A stretch of DNA of 62,048 nt, the filler included. It is 8 parts of 8 records of this genome, joined end to end, with 100 filler letters (N's around TTAATTAATTAA, not from the genome) between each part and the next. Parts side by side here need not be neighbours in the genome. Positions count along the whole stretch, not along the records: positions 45,740 to 54,105 come from SRR31147125_44470; positions 54,206 to 62,048 come from SRR31147125_44618; 6 more parts are not named here. The stretch is one strand, 5' to 3'. A program made the position numbers and the translations under genes. Shown here one piece after another: positions 49,866-58,730 of the stretch. The notes beneath the pieces were generated by a model. It saw nothing but the letters and a program-made list of their open reading frames with translations, was not told the DNA's origin and made no database searches. Every line of letters begins with the position of its first letter. Position 1 is the first letter of the stretch.

Positions 49866-52800
49866 TTATTCTAATATTATTTCTTCCGAAGCAGTCTCTG
49901 AATCAGCTTGCTTACTGGTTATGAGAAACATAATTGGAATTATAAATCCGTTTAAGATAGTGGAGGTAAGTAGTCCTCCCAATATAACTTGCGCCATTGG
50001 GCTTTGAATTTCATTACCCGGCAAGTCGCCTCCTAATGCAAGAGGAACAAGTGCAAGCCCCGATGATAATGCTGTCATTAAGATAGGATTTAAGCGGTCG
50101 AGTGAGCCCTGCAAAACACTTTCCATTGCTGATAATCCTTCGTGGTGCAGGTCGTTATACCTCGAAATAAGGAGCATACCATTACGCGTGGCAATTCCAA
50201 AAAGCGAAATAAAACCAATAATTGATGGAATACTTATAATTCCACTTGAAAAGTAGATGGTAAATACTCCTCCTATCAATGCAAGTGGCAGGTTTAACAG
50301 TACCACTGCTGATTGGGTTACATTTCGAAATTGATTAAATAGTAACAGAAATATAGCCAATACAGAAAAAATAGATGTGATTAGTAAAGTTCTGGAAGCT
50401 GCTTGTTCGCTCTCAAACTGACCACCATATTGTATATGATACCCTTCGGGCAATACAATATCTTCATTCACTTTGCTTTGAATATCGTTCACTACACCCC
50501 TTAAATCTCGTTCGGCAATGTTTACCGAAACAACAATTTTTCGCATTACATTTTCACGGTTAATCGTATTTGAATCCGTAGATGAGCTTATTGTTGCAAT
50601 ATTACTTAACGGAACTTTTCTTCCGTTTGCATCAACCATCAGTTCTTTAATTCTGTCGGCAGTAGCTCTGCTTTCGTCGTTTACTTTTAAAGTAAGGTCG
50701 AATGATTTATTTCCTTCGTAAACCATTGATACTACTTCGCCAGCCAGCATTACATTTACAACTTCTGCAAATTCAGGTAAGGTAATGCCATACTTTGCCA
50801 TTACTTCACGTTTAGGTTCTATTTTTAACTGTGGACGTTGTATTTGTTGCTCCACATTTAAGTCTCCAATACCTTCAATACCTTCGATTGATGCTTTTAT
50901 TTGATTTCCCAATTCAAACATTTTATTCAAATCGGTTCCGAATAGTTTGATGGCGATGTTAGCTCTTGTTCCCGATAACATGGCATCGATACGATGTGAA
51001 ATGGGTTGTCCAATCTCGATGTTTGCCCCTGGTATAACCTTTAATTTTTCGCGTAATTCTGCTAAAACCTCGTCTTTTGAGCGTTCAACAAGAATAAAAG
51101 GAGCTTCAATTTCAGAAACATTAACTCCAAGTGCATGTTCGTCCAATTCCGCACGACCTGTTTTCCTTGCTACAGTTTGCACTTCCGGTATGGATAATAG
51201 TATTTGCTCGGTAGCTCTACCAATTTTATCTGATTCTTCCAATGAAATACCAGGCAATGTGCTAACGTTTATGGTAAACGAACCTTCGTTAAAAGCAGGT
51301 AAAAAACTACGTCCTAAAGAAAAGAAGACAAATAATGTAGCTACCAAAACTATACCAGTACTACTAAGAACCAATAGTTTAAAACGCAAAACCCATTTTA
51401 GTGCCTTTTCGTACACAATTTTTAATTTGCGTACAACAAATGGTTCTCTTTCAGCTTTATTCCCTTTATTCGGCTTGCTCAATAAAAAACTGCACAACAC
51501 CGGAGTTACTGTTAAAGCCACAACGGTTGATGCTATAAGTGCCACAATAAATGCTATCCCGAGTGGAACTAGCAAACGTCCTTCCATCCCGGTAAGAAAA
51601 AACAGGGGTACAAAACTAACAATGATAATAAGCGTGGAATTTAAGATGGGCATGCGCACTTCCTTTGAGGCATCGTAAACCACGGACATTACACTTTTTT
51701 GCTCATCTTTTGGTTTAAGCCTGTTTTCTCTTAAGCGCTTAAACACATTTTCCACATCAACAATCGCATCATCAACCAACGAGCCAATGGCAATTGCCAT
51801 ACCTCCCAAACTCATGGTATTAATTGTTAATCCCATAAATTTCAAGGCTAATATTGTACTTACAAAGGCTAAGGGGATAGTAACCAGAGAGATAAATGTT
51901 GTACGAATATTCATTAGGAATATCAACAAAATTATTACCACAAATATCCCACCCTCTAATAAAGCCTTTTGTACATTGTTAATTGAGTTGTCGATAAAAC
52001 GAGCCTGACGAAAAATATCTGTTGCGATTTCGACATCGGCAGGTAGCGTTTTTTTTATCTCAGCCAGCGACTCATCCAGTTTATCGGTTAAATCGAGCGT
52101 ACTGGTGGAGGGTTGTTTGGTTACTGTAAGCAATACTGCTGCATTTGCCCGGCTTGATGCCATGCCCAGTTTTGGAGCTTTGTTTCCTATTTGAACATCA
52201 GCTACATTTTCAATCAGAATAGGCACATCATTCACTGTTTTTACGACCGCCTTACCTAACTCTGAAAGTTTATTAGTTGATAATGCCCCGCGAATAATGA
52301 ACTCATTCCCATATTCGTAAAGGATTCCACCCGAAGCGTTTAAGTTCATATCCTGAACAACTTCTATCACTTCGTCCATCCCAACATTGTAATGTTTCAT
52401 TTTTTGAGGGTTCATCAAAATCTGGTACTCCTTAATTTCACCACCCAAAACGGTTACTTGTGCTACCCCTCCTGTAGAAAGCAAACGTGGGCGCAAAGTC
52501 CAGTCAGCCATTGTTCGTAAATCCTGTAAGGATGTTGTATCGGAAGTTAGACCAATAATCAAAACTTCACCCAAAATTGAAGACTGTGGTCCCAATGTAG
52601 GACTACCAACATTTCCGGGTAAAGCATCTTTTACTATTGACAGTTTTTCAGAAACAATTTGCCGGGCAAGATAAATATCTGTACCCCAATCAAATTCTAC
52701 CCAAACTACAGAAAATCCTGTTGTTGAAGAAGAGCGTACCCGACGTACATCTGTTGCTCCGTTTAGTGCAGTTTCAACCGGAAATGAGACCAATCGTTCC

Positions 52801-52982
52801 ACTTCTTCGGGAGCCATTCCGGCAGCTTCAGTCATTACAACAACCGTAGGTGCATTCAGGTCGGGAAATACATCAACCTCCATATTTTTGGAGGTATATA
52901 ACCCAGCCAGCAATAATAGTACTGCTGATACCATAACAACCATTCGGTTGTTAAGCGAGAACTTTATTATTTTATTTAACAT
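49866..52982 (-). CDS. CusA/CzcA-family heavy-metal RND permease
   Basis: Motifs DVFPDL, SLGGMAIAIGSLVDDAIVDVEN, FGIATRNG, RLNPILMTA. 1038 aa. Confidence 0.96.
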   Translation of the reverse strand: MLNKIIKFSLNNRMVVMVSAVLLLLAGLYTSKNMEVDVFPDLNAPTVVVMTEAAGMAPEEVERLVSFPVETALNGATDVRRVRSSSTTGFSVVWVEFDWGTDIYLARQIVSEKLSIVKDALPGNVGSPTLGPQSSILGEVLIIGLTSDTTSLQDLRTMADWTLRPRLLSTGGVAQVTVLGGEIKEYQILMNPQKMKHYNVGMDEVIEVVQDMNLNASGGILYEYGNEFIIRGALSTNKLSELGKAVVKTVNDVPILIENVADVQIGNKAPKLGMASSRANAAVLLTVTKQPSTSTLDLTDKLDESLAEIKKTLPADVEIATDIFRQARFIDNSINNVQKALLEGGIFVVIILLIFLMNIRTTFISLVTIPLAFVSTILALKFMGLTINTMSLGGMAIAIGSLVDDAIVDVENVFKRLRENRLKPKDEQKSVMSVVYDASKEVRMPILNSTLIIIVSFVPLFFLTGMEGRLLVPLGIAFIVALIASTVVALTVTPVLCSFLLSKPNKGNKAEREPFVVRKLKIVYEKALKWVLRFKLLVLSSTGIVLVATLFVFFSLGRSFLPAFNEGSFTINVSTLPGISLEESDKIGRATEQILLSIPEVQTVARKTGRAELDEHALGVNVSEIEAPFILVERSKDEVLAELREKLKVIPGANIEIGQPISHRIDAMLSGTRANIAIKLFGTDLNKMFELGNQIKASIEGIEGIGDLNVEQQIQRPQLKIEPKREVMAKYGITLPEFAEVVNVMLAGEVVSMVYEGNKSFDLTLKVNDESRATADRIKELMVDANGRKVPLSNIATISSSTDSNTINRENVMRKIVVSVNIAERDLRGVVNDIQSKVNEDIVLPEGYHIQYGGQFESEQAASRTLLITSIFSVLAIFLLLFNQFRNVTQSAVVLLNLPLALIGGVFTIYFSSGIISIPSIIGFISLFGIATRNGMLLISRYNDLHHEGLSAMESVLQGSLDRLNPILMTALSSGLALVPLALGGDLPGNEIQSPMAQVILGGLLTSTILNGFIIPIMFLITSKQADSETASEEIILE

Positions 52983-53000
52983 GATAATTCCAGATTAAGA

Positions 53001-54104
53001 TTAATGACTGTGACCATGTCCTTCGGGTATCACTGAAGATGTTGCTGCCAGCTTTACCTGATATACTCCATTGGTAACTATTTTATCTCCTTCTTTTATA
53101 CCGGATAAAATACGAACGCGTTCACCATTATTCTGCCCAATGCTAACTTCTTGTTTTTTAAACACTTCTGACTCTAATTGCAGATAAACAAAATAAAGCC
53201 CCTGGTCTTCTGTAAGCGACGAAGCCGGGATTGATATGACATTGTTTTGAGGCGTTGTCATTAAAAATATTTCTGTGAAAGAACCCGGGATTAAATCCCC
53301 TTTATTGTCGAATTCAAATGTTACCGGAATATAAAAGGATTGTTGTCCTGATGCACGCCCATATGATAACAAACGCCCATTTAAATCTGAAAGTTTGTAA
53401 AGTGCATTGTCGTAAGCTGTTTTAAAATTAGCATTGCTAATGTATTTGAGCATTTTGTAGTTACTTTCAGAAACCTCGGCTCTTAGCTGCAATTTTTGGT
53501 TTTGTGAAATGGTAGCTATGGGCTGCCCAACAGAAACATATTCACCCTGGGCAACAAGCCTGTTTTTAATGTACCCCGATATTGGTGCACTTATTTTAAT
53601 ACCCACATCAGAAGTATTGGAAGATTGCGCTTGATATGTAGTTTTTGCCGTCTCGTAACGCATTTTTATCTGTTCATATTCCCTGGCAGAAATTATTTTG
53701 TCTTTTATAAGCTCATTGGCACGATTCATTTCTTTTTCTGCTGTTTCAAATTCAATTTTTGCCTTTTCCACAGGGTCTCCATTCAATATTTTTTTTGCAG
53801 AAACAACAGCAATCAATTCTCGTGATTTTACATAATCGCCTTCAGCAATTGAAGAGTTGGCAAATGATACGATACCATTTGAAGTAGCTACAATTGTGGC
53901 TTCATCGCCTTGCGAAACTTGTATTTGTCCGCTTGTTTTTATCACATGATGAAAGGTTCCGGTAGAAACTGTCTCGGTGGTCAACCCTGCCATTTTAGCT
54001 TGCTCTATTGAAAAAGTAATTTCGTCAGAATGGTTACTTTCTTCTGCATGGTCATGACCTTCATGACTGTCTGTTTCGTGGTCATGTCCTTCATGGTCTG
54101 CGTG
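53001..54104 (-). CDS. RND periplasmic adaptor with His-rich N-terminal region, 5'-truncated
   Basis: The frame is open to the contig edge (HADHEGHDHETDSHEGHDHAEESNHSDEI...). Motifs SAPISG and GEYVSVGQPI, C-terminal HGHSH. Confidence 0.93.
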   Translation of the reverse strand, partial: HADHEGHDHETDSHEGHDHAEESNHSDEITFSIEQAKMAGLTTETVSTGTFHHVIKTSGQIQVSQGDEATIVATSNGIVSFANSSIAEGDYVKSRELIAVVSAKKILNGDPVEKAKIEFETAEKEMNRANELIKDKIISAREYEQIKMRYETAKTTYQAQSSNTSDVGIKISAPISGYIKNRLVAQGEYVSVGQPIATISQNQKLQLRAEVSESNYKMLKYISNANFKTAYDNALYKLSDLNGRLLSYGRASGQQSFYIPVTFEFDNKGDLIPGSFTEIFLMTTPQNNVISIPASSLTEDQGLYFVYLQLESEVFKKQEVSIGQNNGERVRILSGIKEGDKIVTNGVYQVKLAATSSVIPEGHGHSH

Positions 54105-54826
54105 GNNNNNNNNNNNNNNNNNNNNNNNNNNNNNNNNNNNNNNNNNNNNTTAATTAATTAANNNNNNNNNNNNNNNNNNNNNNNNNNNNNNNNNNNNNNN
54201 NNNNNTAACTCAGGATATAAATTACAACTTAAAAATTTGGCAAGTCTGTTTCTAAAAGTGTAATTATTGAACAACCATAAATATTTTAACCGTTTAAGCA
54301 TTAAGAATAATATTCAGAGGGTGTTGATGATATCTTTTAAAAAAGCGTATCCTTTGATTTAAAATATCCGACAAAGATAAATCAAATCATTGGAAATATA
54401 AGCTATGTGAAAAGATAAATCACAATTCACTCTCAGTCAAGCGGAAACTGAATTAAATTCAGGTCTTTAGTAATTTCTTCATAATGTGCTCATCGCCTTA
54501 TCTAGATAGCTTTCGAAAAGGACTCAAACCACAAGTTGGCCAGGAAAAACAGAACATGACGAATATTGCATAATACACTATCAAGAAGATCCTTTGGCCG
54601 TTTTTTTACACCTGGATTCCCGTCTAATGTCACTGTCATTAAATTCCAAAGCGCTCCAAAAGGCCTCAATTATAAGGATTGTTACGGGAATCCTCCGTGG
54701 ACGCATAATAAACCAGGGCTTTAGCACTTGACGCTACTAAAACAGGAAACTGTATTACAGAATAATTCTGTTACCTTTTCTTAATTCCCACATTCCAATA
54801 AACCAAAATAAATTCCCAAAAATAAT

Positions 54827-54855
54827 TTGCATAAAACACCATATAGGCTTATGTT
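54827..54855 (+). promoter_or_regulatory. Putative promoter, near-duplicate of 58569-58597
   Basis: TTGCAT-17-TATGTT with an A-rich upstream tract. Confidence 0.6.
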
Positions 54856-54936
54856 CTTTTATGAATTATAAAGCAATCCTTCCATTACTTAACTTTTAAA
54901 TAGTCATTCAAAAAACTATAGTGGAGAACAAAAGTA

Positions 54937-57105
54937 ATGAAAAGTGAACAACATATTAAAGTGTTTACTATCGCTTTATTTATCATCCTTATGTTATCTT
55001 CCGCTTTTTCACAATCAAACAACAATTTCCGGAACGATTCATCACATAAAACCCAAGGCAGGCCTGCGTGGCTGAATAGCGAGCCCCTGATCATCGTTGG
55101 TAACTGGGATACAGCTCCCATTTTTCGTATTCGCAAAGGAGGCAATCCGGAATGGCATCAGCAGGACTATGATCGGGAACATTCGGAAGAGGCTGTTGTC
55201 AAATTAAAAGAGCTGGGCGTGACCATGGCTGTCATCCATTTTTACAAAGGATTTGGCCTGCAAGCGGAAAAAGAACAATTGCAGGATGCCAAAAAACTGG
55301 CTGCTCTGTGTCAAAAACACGGACTTCGCGTGGGAGTCTATGTTGGCAGTACCGTTGGATATGAAACCTTTTTACTGGAAAAACCAGAGGCGCAGGAATG
55401 GTTTCTACCTGATTACCTGGGCCAGCCTGTTATATACAGCAGTCAATCGTTCCGCAAAAGAGTCTATTTTAAACATCCCGGTTATATTGCTTACATAAAA
55501 CAGGTTCTCAAAATCGCTGTTGAAGAGTTAAAGGTCGATCTGATCCACTTTGACAATACCAGTCTGCAGGCCCAGGTACCGGCTTTTTATCATCCATTAG
55601 CCATAGAGCATTTCCGTACTTTTTTGCGGGGTAAATTCACTCCGGATCAGCTGAAACAACGATTTGGTTTTGCGGATGTAAGCTATGTGGAACCACCCCG
55701 ATTTACCCGGCCCCTGCGCATCATGAATGATCCCCTGTTCCAGGAATGGACCAATTTCCGTTGTCAGCAGCTCACAAACTATTATGCGGACATGGCAGAC
55801 TATATCCACAACATGAATCCCAATGTCGTGGTTGAAAACAATCCCTCCTCAGGACTATCCGGATCCAATACCATGTGGCACCAGGGCGTGGATTATCCAC
55901 GTTTGCTGGCTTTTACGGATATCGTCTGGACCGAAGAAGGCAATGAAGCTGCTGTAACAGAAAAAGGCATCCTCTTATCTAAAATCCGCACCTACAAGAT
56001 GGCATCGACCCTGAACAACAAAATATTCACCTATACCGCGGACAGTGAGTTGCAAATGGCTGAGGCCATGGCCTATAATCGTCAATGTCTTGGCATGGTC
56101 GGAGGAATTCTGGCCGGTTACGAACTGCAAGAAAAACGGCAGACAACCTCCTTTGATAATCCCTACACCTGGGGCGGCTATCTTAACGGATTTGAAATGA
56201 CCCGCCGTAAAGCAGATTATATCCGGTTTTACCACGACAATTTTGACTATTATCGCGATATCGACAATATAGCGGATGTGGCTGTGCTGCACTCCTATGC
56301 TTCTATGACATACAACAACCATCACCCATACGTGAGCACATATCTGTTTGAACAGGTTTTGATTCAGGACAAAGTACCCTTTGACATTATATTCGACAAT
56401 CAATTAAAAGACCTGTCAAAATATACTGTTCTGGTTCTGGCTGATCAGGAGTGTTTGAGCGATAAACAGTGTGACTTGATCACAGATTTTGTGAAAAACG
56501 GCGGCGGCCTGGTTGTGACCGGGCATACATCCCTCTATACGGAACAACGACGGAGAAGAAGTCATTTCGGTCTTGATAAATTACTTGAAGTGAATCCACC
56601 TAAATGGCCTGCGCGTGGGCGGTCACTTGAACAGCATACTGATAGTCCGATTATCAAAAATTCTATTGCACAGGGACGTGTGGTTTATGTTCCCCACATA
56701 AAACCCGCCATACAAAAACCGGCAACAGCGGCCATGAGCAGTCAATACTGGCAGTTGCCACTAAACATGAAGGAATTAATCGACGCCATTAAATGGGCTA
56801 AAGGCAATGATTTATCCCTGGACATAAAAGCACCCCAAACAGTGACCATGGAATTAGCCCAAAAACGGGATGACCGTTTTTTGATGCTACATCTGTTGAA
56901 TTATGAGGTCACAAAAATGCCAATAGTGAAGAATATAGCCGTGAACCTGAAAATCCCGACCAATAAAAGTGTGGAGCAGGTGAAAATTTTGTCTCCGGAC
57001 ATGGAAAAAGAAGAGATTATTATGTTTAACATTAAGAAAGATAGAGTTATATTTACAGTTCCGCAATTAAAGATTTATAATTTGGTCGTTATGGCGTTAA
57101 AGTAA
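54937..57105 (+). CDS. Secreted putative glycoside hydrolase (TIM barrel plus GH42-like trimerisation/GATase-like domain)
   Basis: Signal peptide. VDLIHFDN, FRTFLRGKF, EWTNFR in the barrel. DVAVLHS...VPFDII...LSKYTVLVLADQECLSD...FVKNGGGLVVTG in the second domain. Confidence 0.65.
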   Translation: MKSEQHIKVFTIALFIILMLSSAFSQSNNNFRNDSSHKTQGRPAWLNSEPLIIVGNWDTAPIFRIRKGGNPEWHQQDYDREHSEEAVVKLKELGVTMAVIHFYKGFGLQAEKEQLQDAKKLAALCQKHGLRVGVYVGSTVGYETFLLEKPEAQEWFLPDYLGQPVIYSSQSFRKRVYFKHPGYIAYIKQVLKIAVEELKVDLIHFDNTSLQAQVPAFYHPLAIEHFRTFLRGKFTPDQLKQRFGFADVSYVEPPRFTRPLRIMNDPLFQEWTNFRCQQLTNYYADMADYIHNMNPNVVVENNPSSGLSGSNTMWHQGVDYPRLLAFTDIVWTEEGNEAAVTEKGILLSKIRTYKMASTLNNKIFTYTADSELQMAEAMAYNRQCLGMVGGILAGYELQEKRQTTSFDNPYTWGGYLNGFEMTRRKADYIRFYHDNFDYYRDIDNIADVAVLHSYASMTYNNHHPYVSTYLFEQVLIQDKVPFDIIFDNQLKDLSKYTVLVLADQECLSDKQCDLITDFVKNGGGLVVTGHTSLYTEQRRRRSHFGLDKLLEVNPPKWPARGRSLEQHTDSPIIKNSIAQGRVVYVPHIKPAIQKPATAAMSSQYWQLPLNMKELIDAIKWAKGNDLSLDIKAPQTVTMELAQKRDDRFLMLHLLNYEVTKMPIVKNIAVNLKIPTNKSVEQVKILSPDMEKEEIIMFNIKKDRVIFTVPQLKIYNLVVMALK

Positions 57106-57377
57106 GCAGGAGTTCCAGTAGGCAAAGAGATATCAGGTATTGAGCAGGTGCTTCAACTCTTCAGTATGACGCTTTTTTCAAGTATTCCAGGTCATCCCTG
57201 GCAGAGTCAAGAGATAAAAACTTTCATGATACAGGATAAATCTGAATTTTATTTCATAAATTATTATAGCCTTGATTCAAAATAAAAAAGATGTCGTTCA
57301 AATTCGTTTTATATTTTAAAATATAATCCTGTTAATTTGGATACAAGGATTACTTTGTTTTACTCATCCAGGATACT

Positions 57378-58376
57378 ATGATGGAGAAACAAAATCAATT
57401 CATTATTTATGAAACCGAGGATGCACAAACAGAGATTGAGGTTACATTACAAGCTGAAACTGTTTGGCTTAATCAGAAACAAATGGGTATGCTCTTTCAT
57501 AAAGGAGTACCAACAATTAATGAACATATTAAAAACATCTACAAAGAGGGTGAACTCGATAAAATTTCAACTATTCGGAAATTCCGAATAGTTCAATTAG
57601 AGGGAAAACGCAAAGTAGAACGTCAGGTCGATCATTATAACCTGGACGTCATCATTTCAGTCGGCTACAGAGTTAAATCCAAACGCGGTACACAATTCCG
57701 TATATGGGCGAATAAAGTTATTAAAGAATATCTGGTTCAAGGTTATGTCATTAATGAAAAACATCTCAAAGAAAAAACAGAACAACTAGATAGTTTAAAA
57801 AAAACGGTCCTCTTGTTAAGTCATGTTACAGATCAGAAAGTTCTGACATCTGATGAAGCTGAAGGATTGATCAAGGTTATTACTGATTATACCTATGCTC
57901 TCGATATTTTGGATCAATATGATTACCAACGACTGCAAATAAAAGATACACGAAGCAAACCGCAGGTAAAAATCACATATCAGGAAGCTCAAAGTGCCAT
58001 TCTGGAGTTAAAAATAAAACTCGGAGGATCGGATTTATTTGGCCTTGAAAAAGATAAATCACTCCAGAGTTCTCTCAAAACCATCTATCAGACATTTGAT
58101 GGCAAAGAGCTATATCCAAGTATTGAAGAAAAAGCAGCTCATTTACTCTATTTTGTCACAAAGAATCACTCTTTTATTGATGGCAATAAGCGAATCGCTG
58201 CTTTTATTTTTGTCTGGTTTTTGCGTAAGAACAATTTATTGTATTCCATGGATGGTGAAAAAAGAATTCCGGATAATGCCCTTGTCGCACTGACGCTTAT
58301 GATCGCCAGCAGTAAACCAGAGGAAAAGGAAACGATGATAAAGGTTATTGTGAATCTGATAAATGCCAAAAATTAA
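57378..58376 (+). CDS. RhuM-like / Fic-Doc fusion protein
   Basis: RhuM N-terminal motifs ETVWLNQKQM, HIKNIYKEGEL, YNLDVIISVGYRVKS.RGTQFR. Fic motif HSFIDGNKRIA. Confidence 0.92.
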   Translation: MMEKQNQFIIYETEDAQTEIEVTLQAETVWLNQKQMGMLFHKGVPTINEHIKNIYKEGELDKISTIRKFRIVQLEGKRKVERQVDHYNLDVIISVGYRVKSKRGTQFRIWANKVIKEYLVQGYVINEKHLKEKTEQLDSLKKTVLLLSHVTDQKVLTSDEAEGLIKVITDYTYALDILDQYDYQRLQIKDTRSKPQVKITYQEAQSAILELKIKLGGSDLFGLEKDKSLQSSLKTIYQTFDGKELYPSIEEKAAHLLYFVTKNHSFIDGNKRIAAFIFVWFLRKNNLLYSMDGEKRIPDNALVALTLMIASSKPEEKETMIKVIVNLINAKN

Positions 58377-58568
58377 CATCACATCCTCCCAAAGAATTCT
58401 GAAAACAAATTTCTTGTTCAATACAGCGAATTAAAGCTATGACCAAAGCCACCAAAAACAGTCTCTGGAAGAATTCACCTCACCCCCTTCTCTACATTAT
58501 TTAATTGACGTCAATCTCACGAATGTTGTGACCTGTAATTTGTTAGCAAACGTTTTACAAAAAAACAT

Positions 58569-58597
58569 TTGCAAAAGACATCAGATACAATTATGTT
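58569..58597 (+). promoter_or_regulatory. Putative promoter, near-duplicate of 54827-54855
   Basis: TTGCAA-17-TATGTT with an A-rich upstream tract. Confidence 0.6.
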
Positions 58598-58730
58598 ATT
58601 TATTAGACATTCCATGTTGCGGGGCATTATCAACTGTAAAATAAAAGTTCTATCACTTTTTCCAACATAAATGAAATCTAATATAAATAGGTTATTCCAA
58701 GGTTCATCTTCATCAACAGAGGAGCTTTTT

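Noticed and set aside
50947-51678. 243-aa plus-strand ORF and the many other antisense or overlapping ORFs in the track (for example 502-816, 3245-3637, 6821-7285, 27428-27850)
   Set aside because: Shadows of well-supported genes on the opposite strand or in another frame, with no motifs or RBS of their own.
54030-54105. Nucleotide repeat at the end of contig 7
   Set aside because: Explained by coding HEGHDH repeats of the His-rich RND adaptor.
58504-58559. Palindromes ATTGACGTCAAT and a LacI-like AAACGTTT core upstream of the GH106-like gene
   Set aside because: Plausible operators but short, single-copy and without a cognate regulator on the contig, so not supportable as features.
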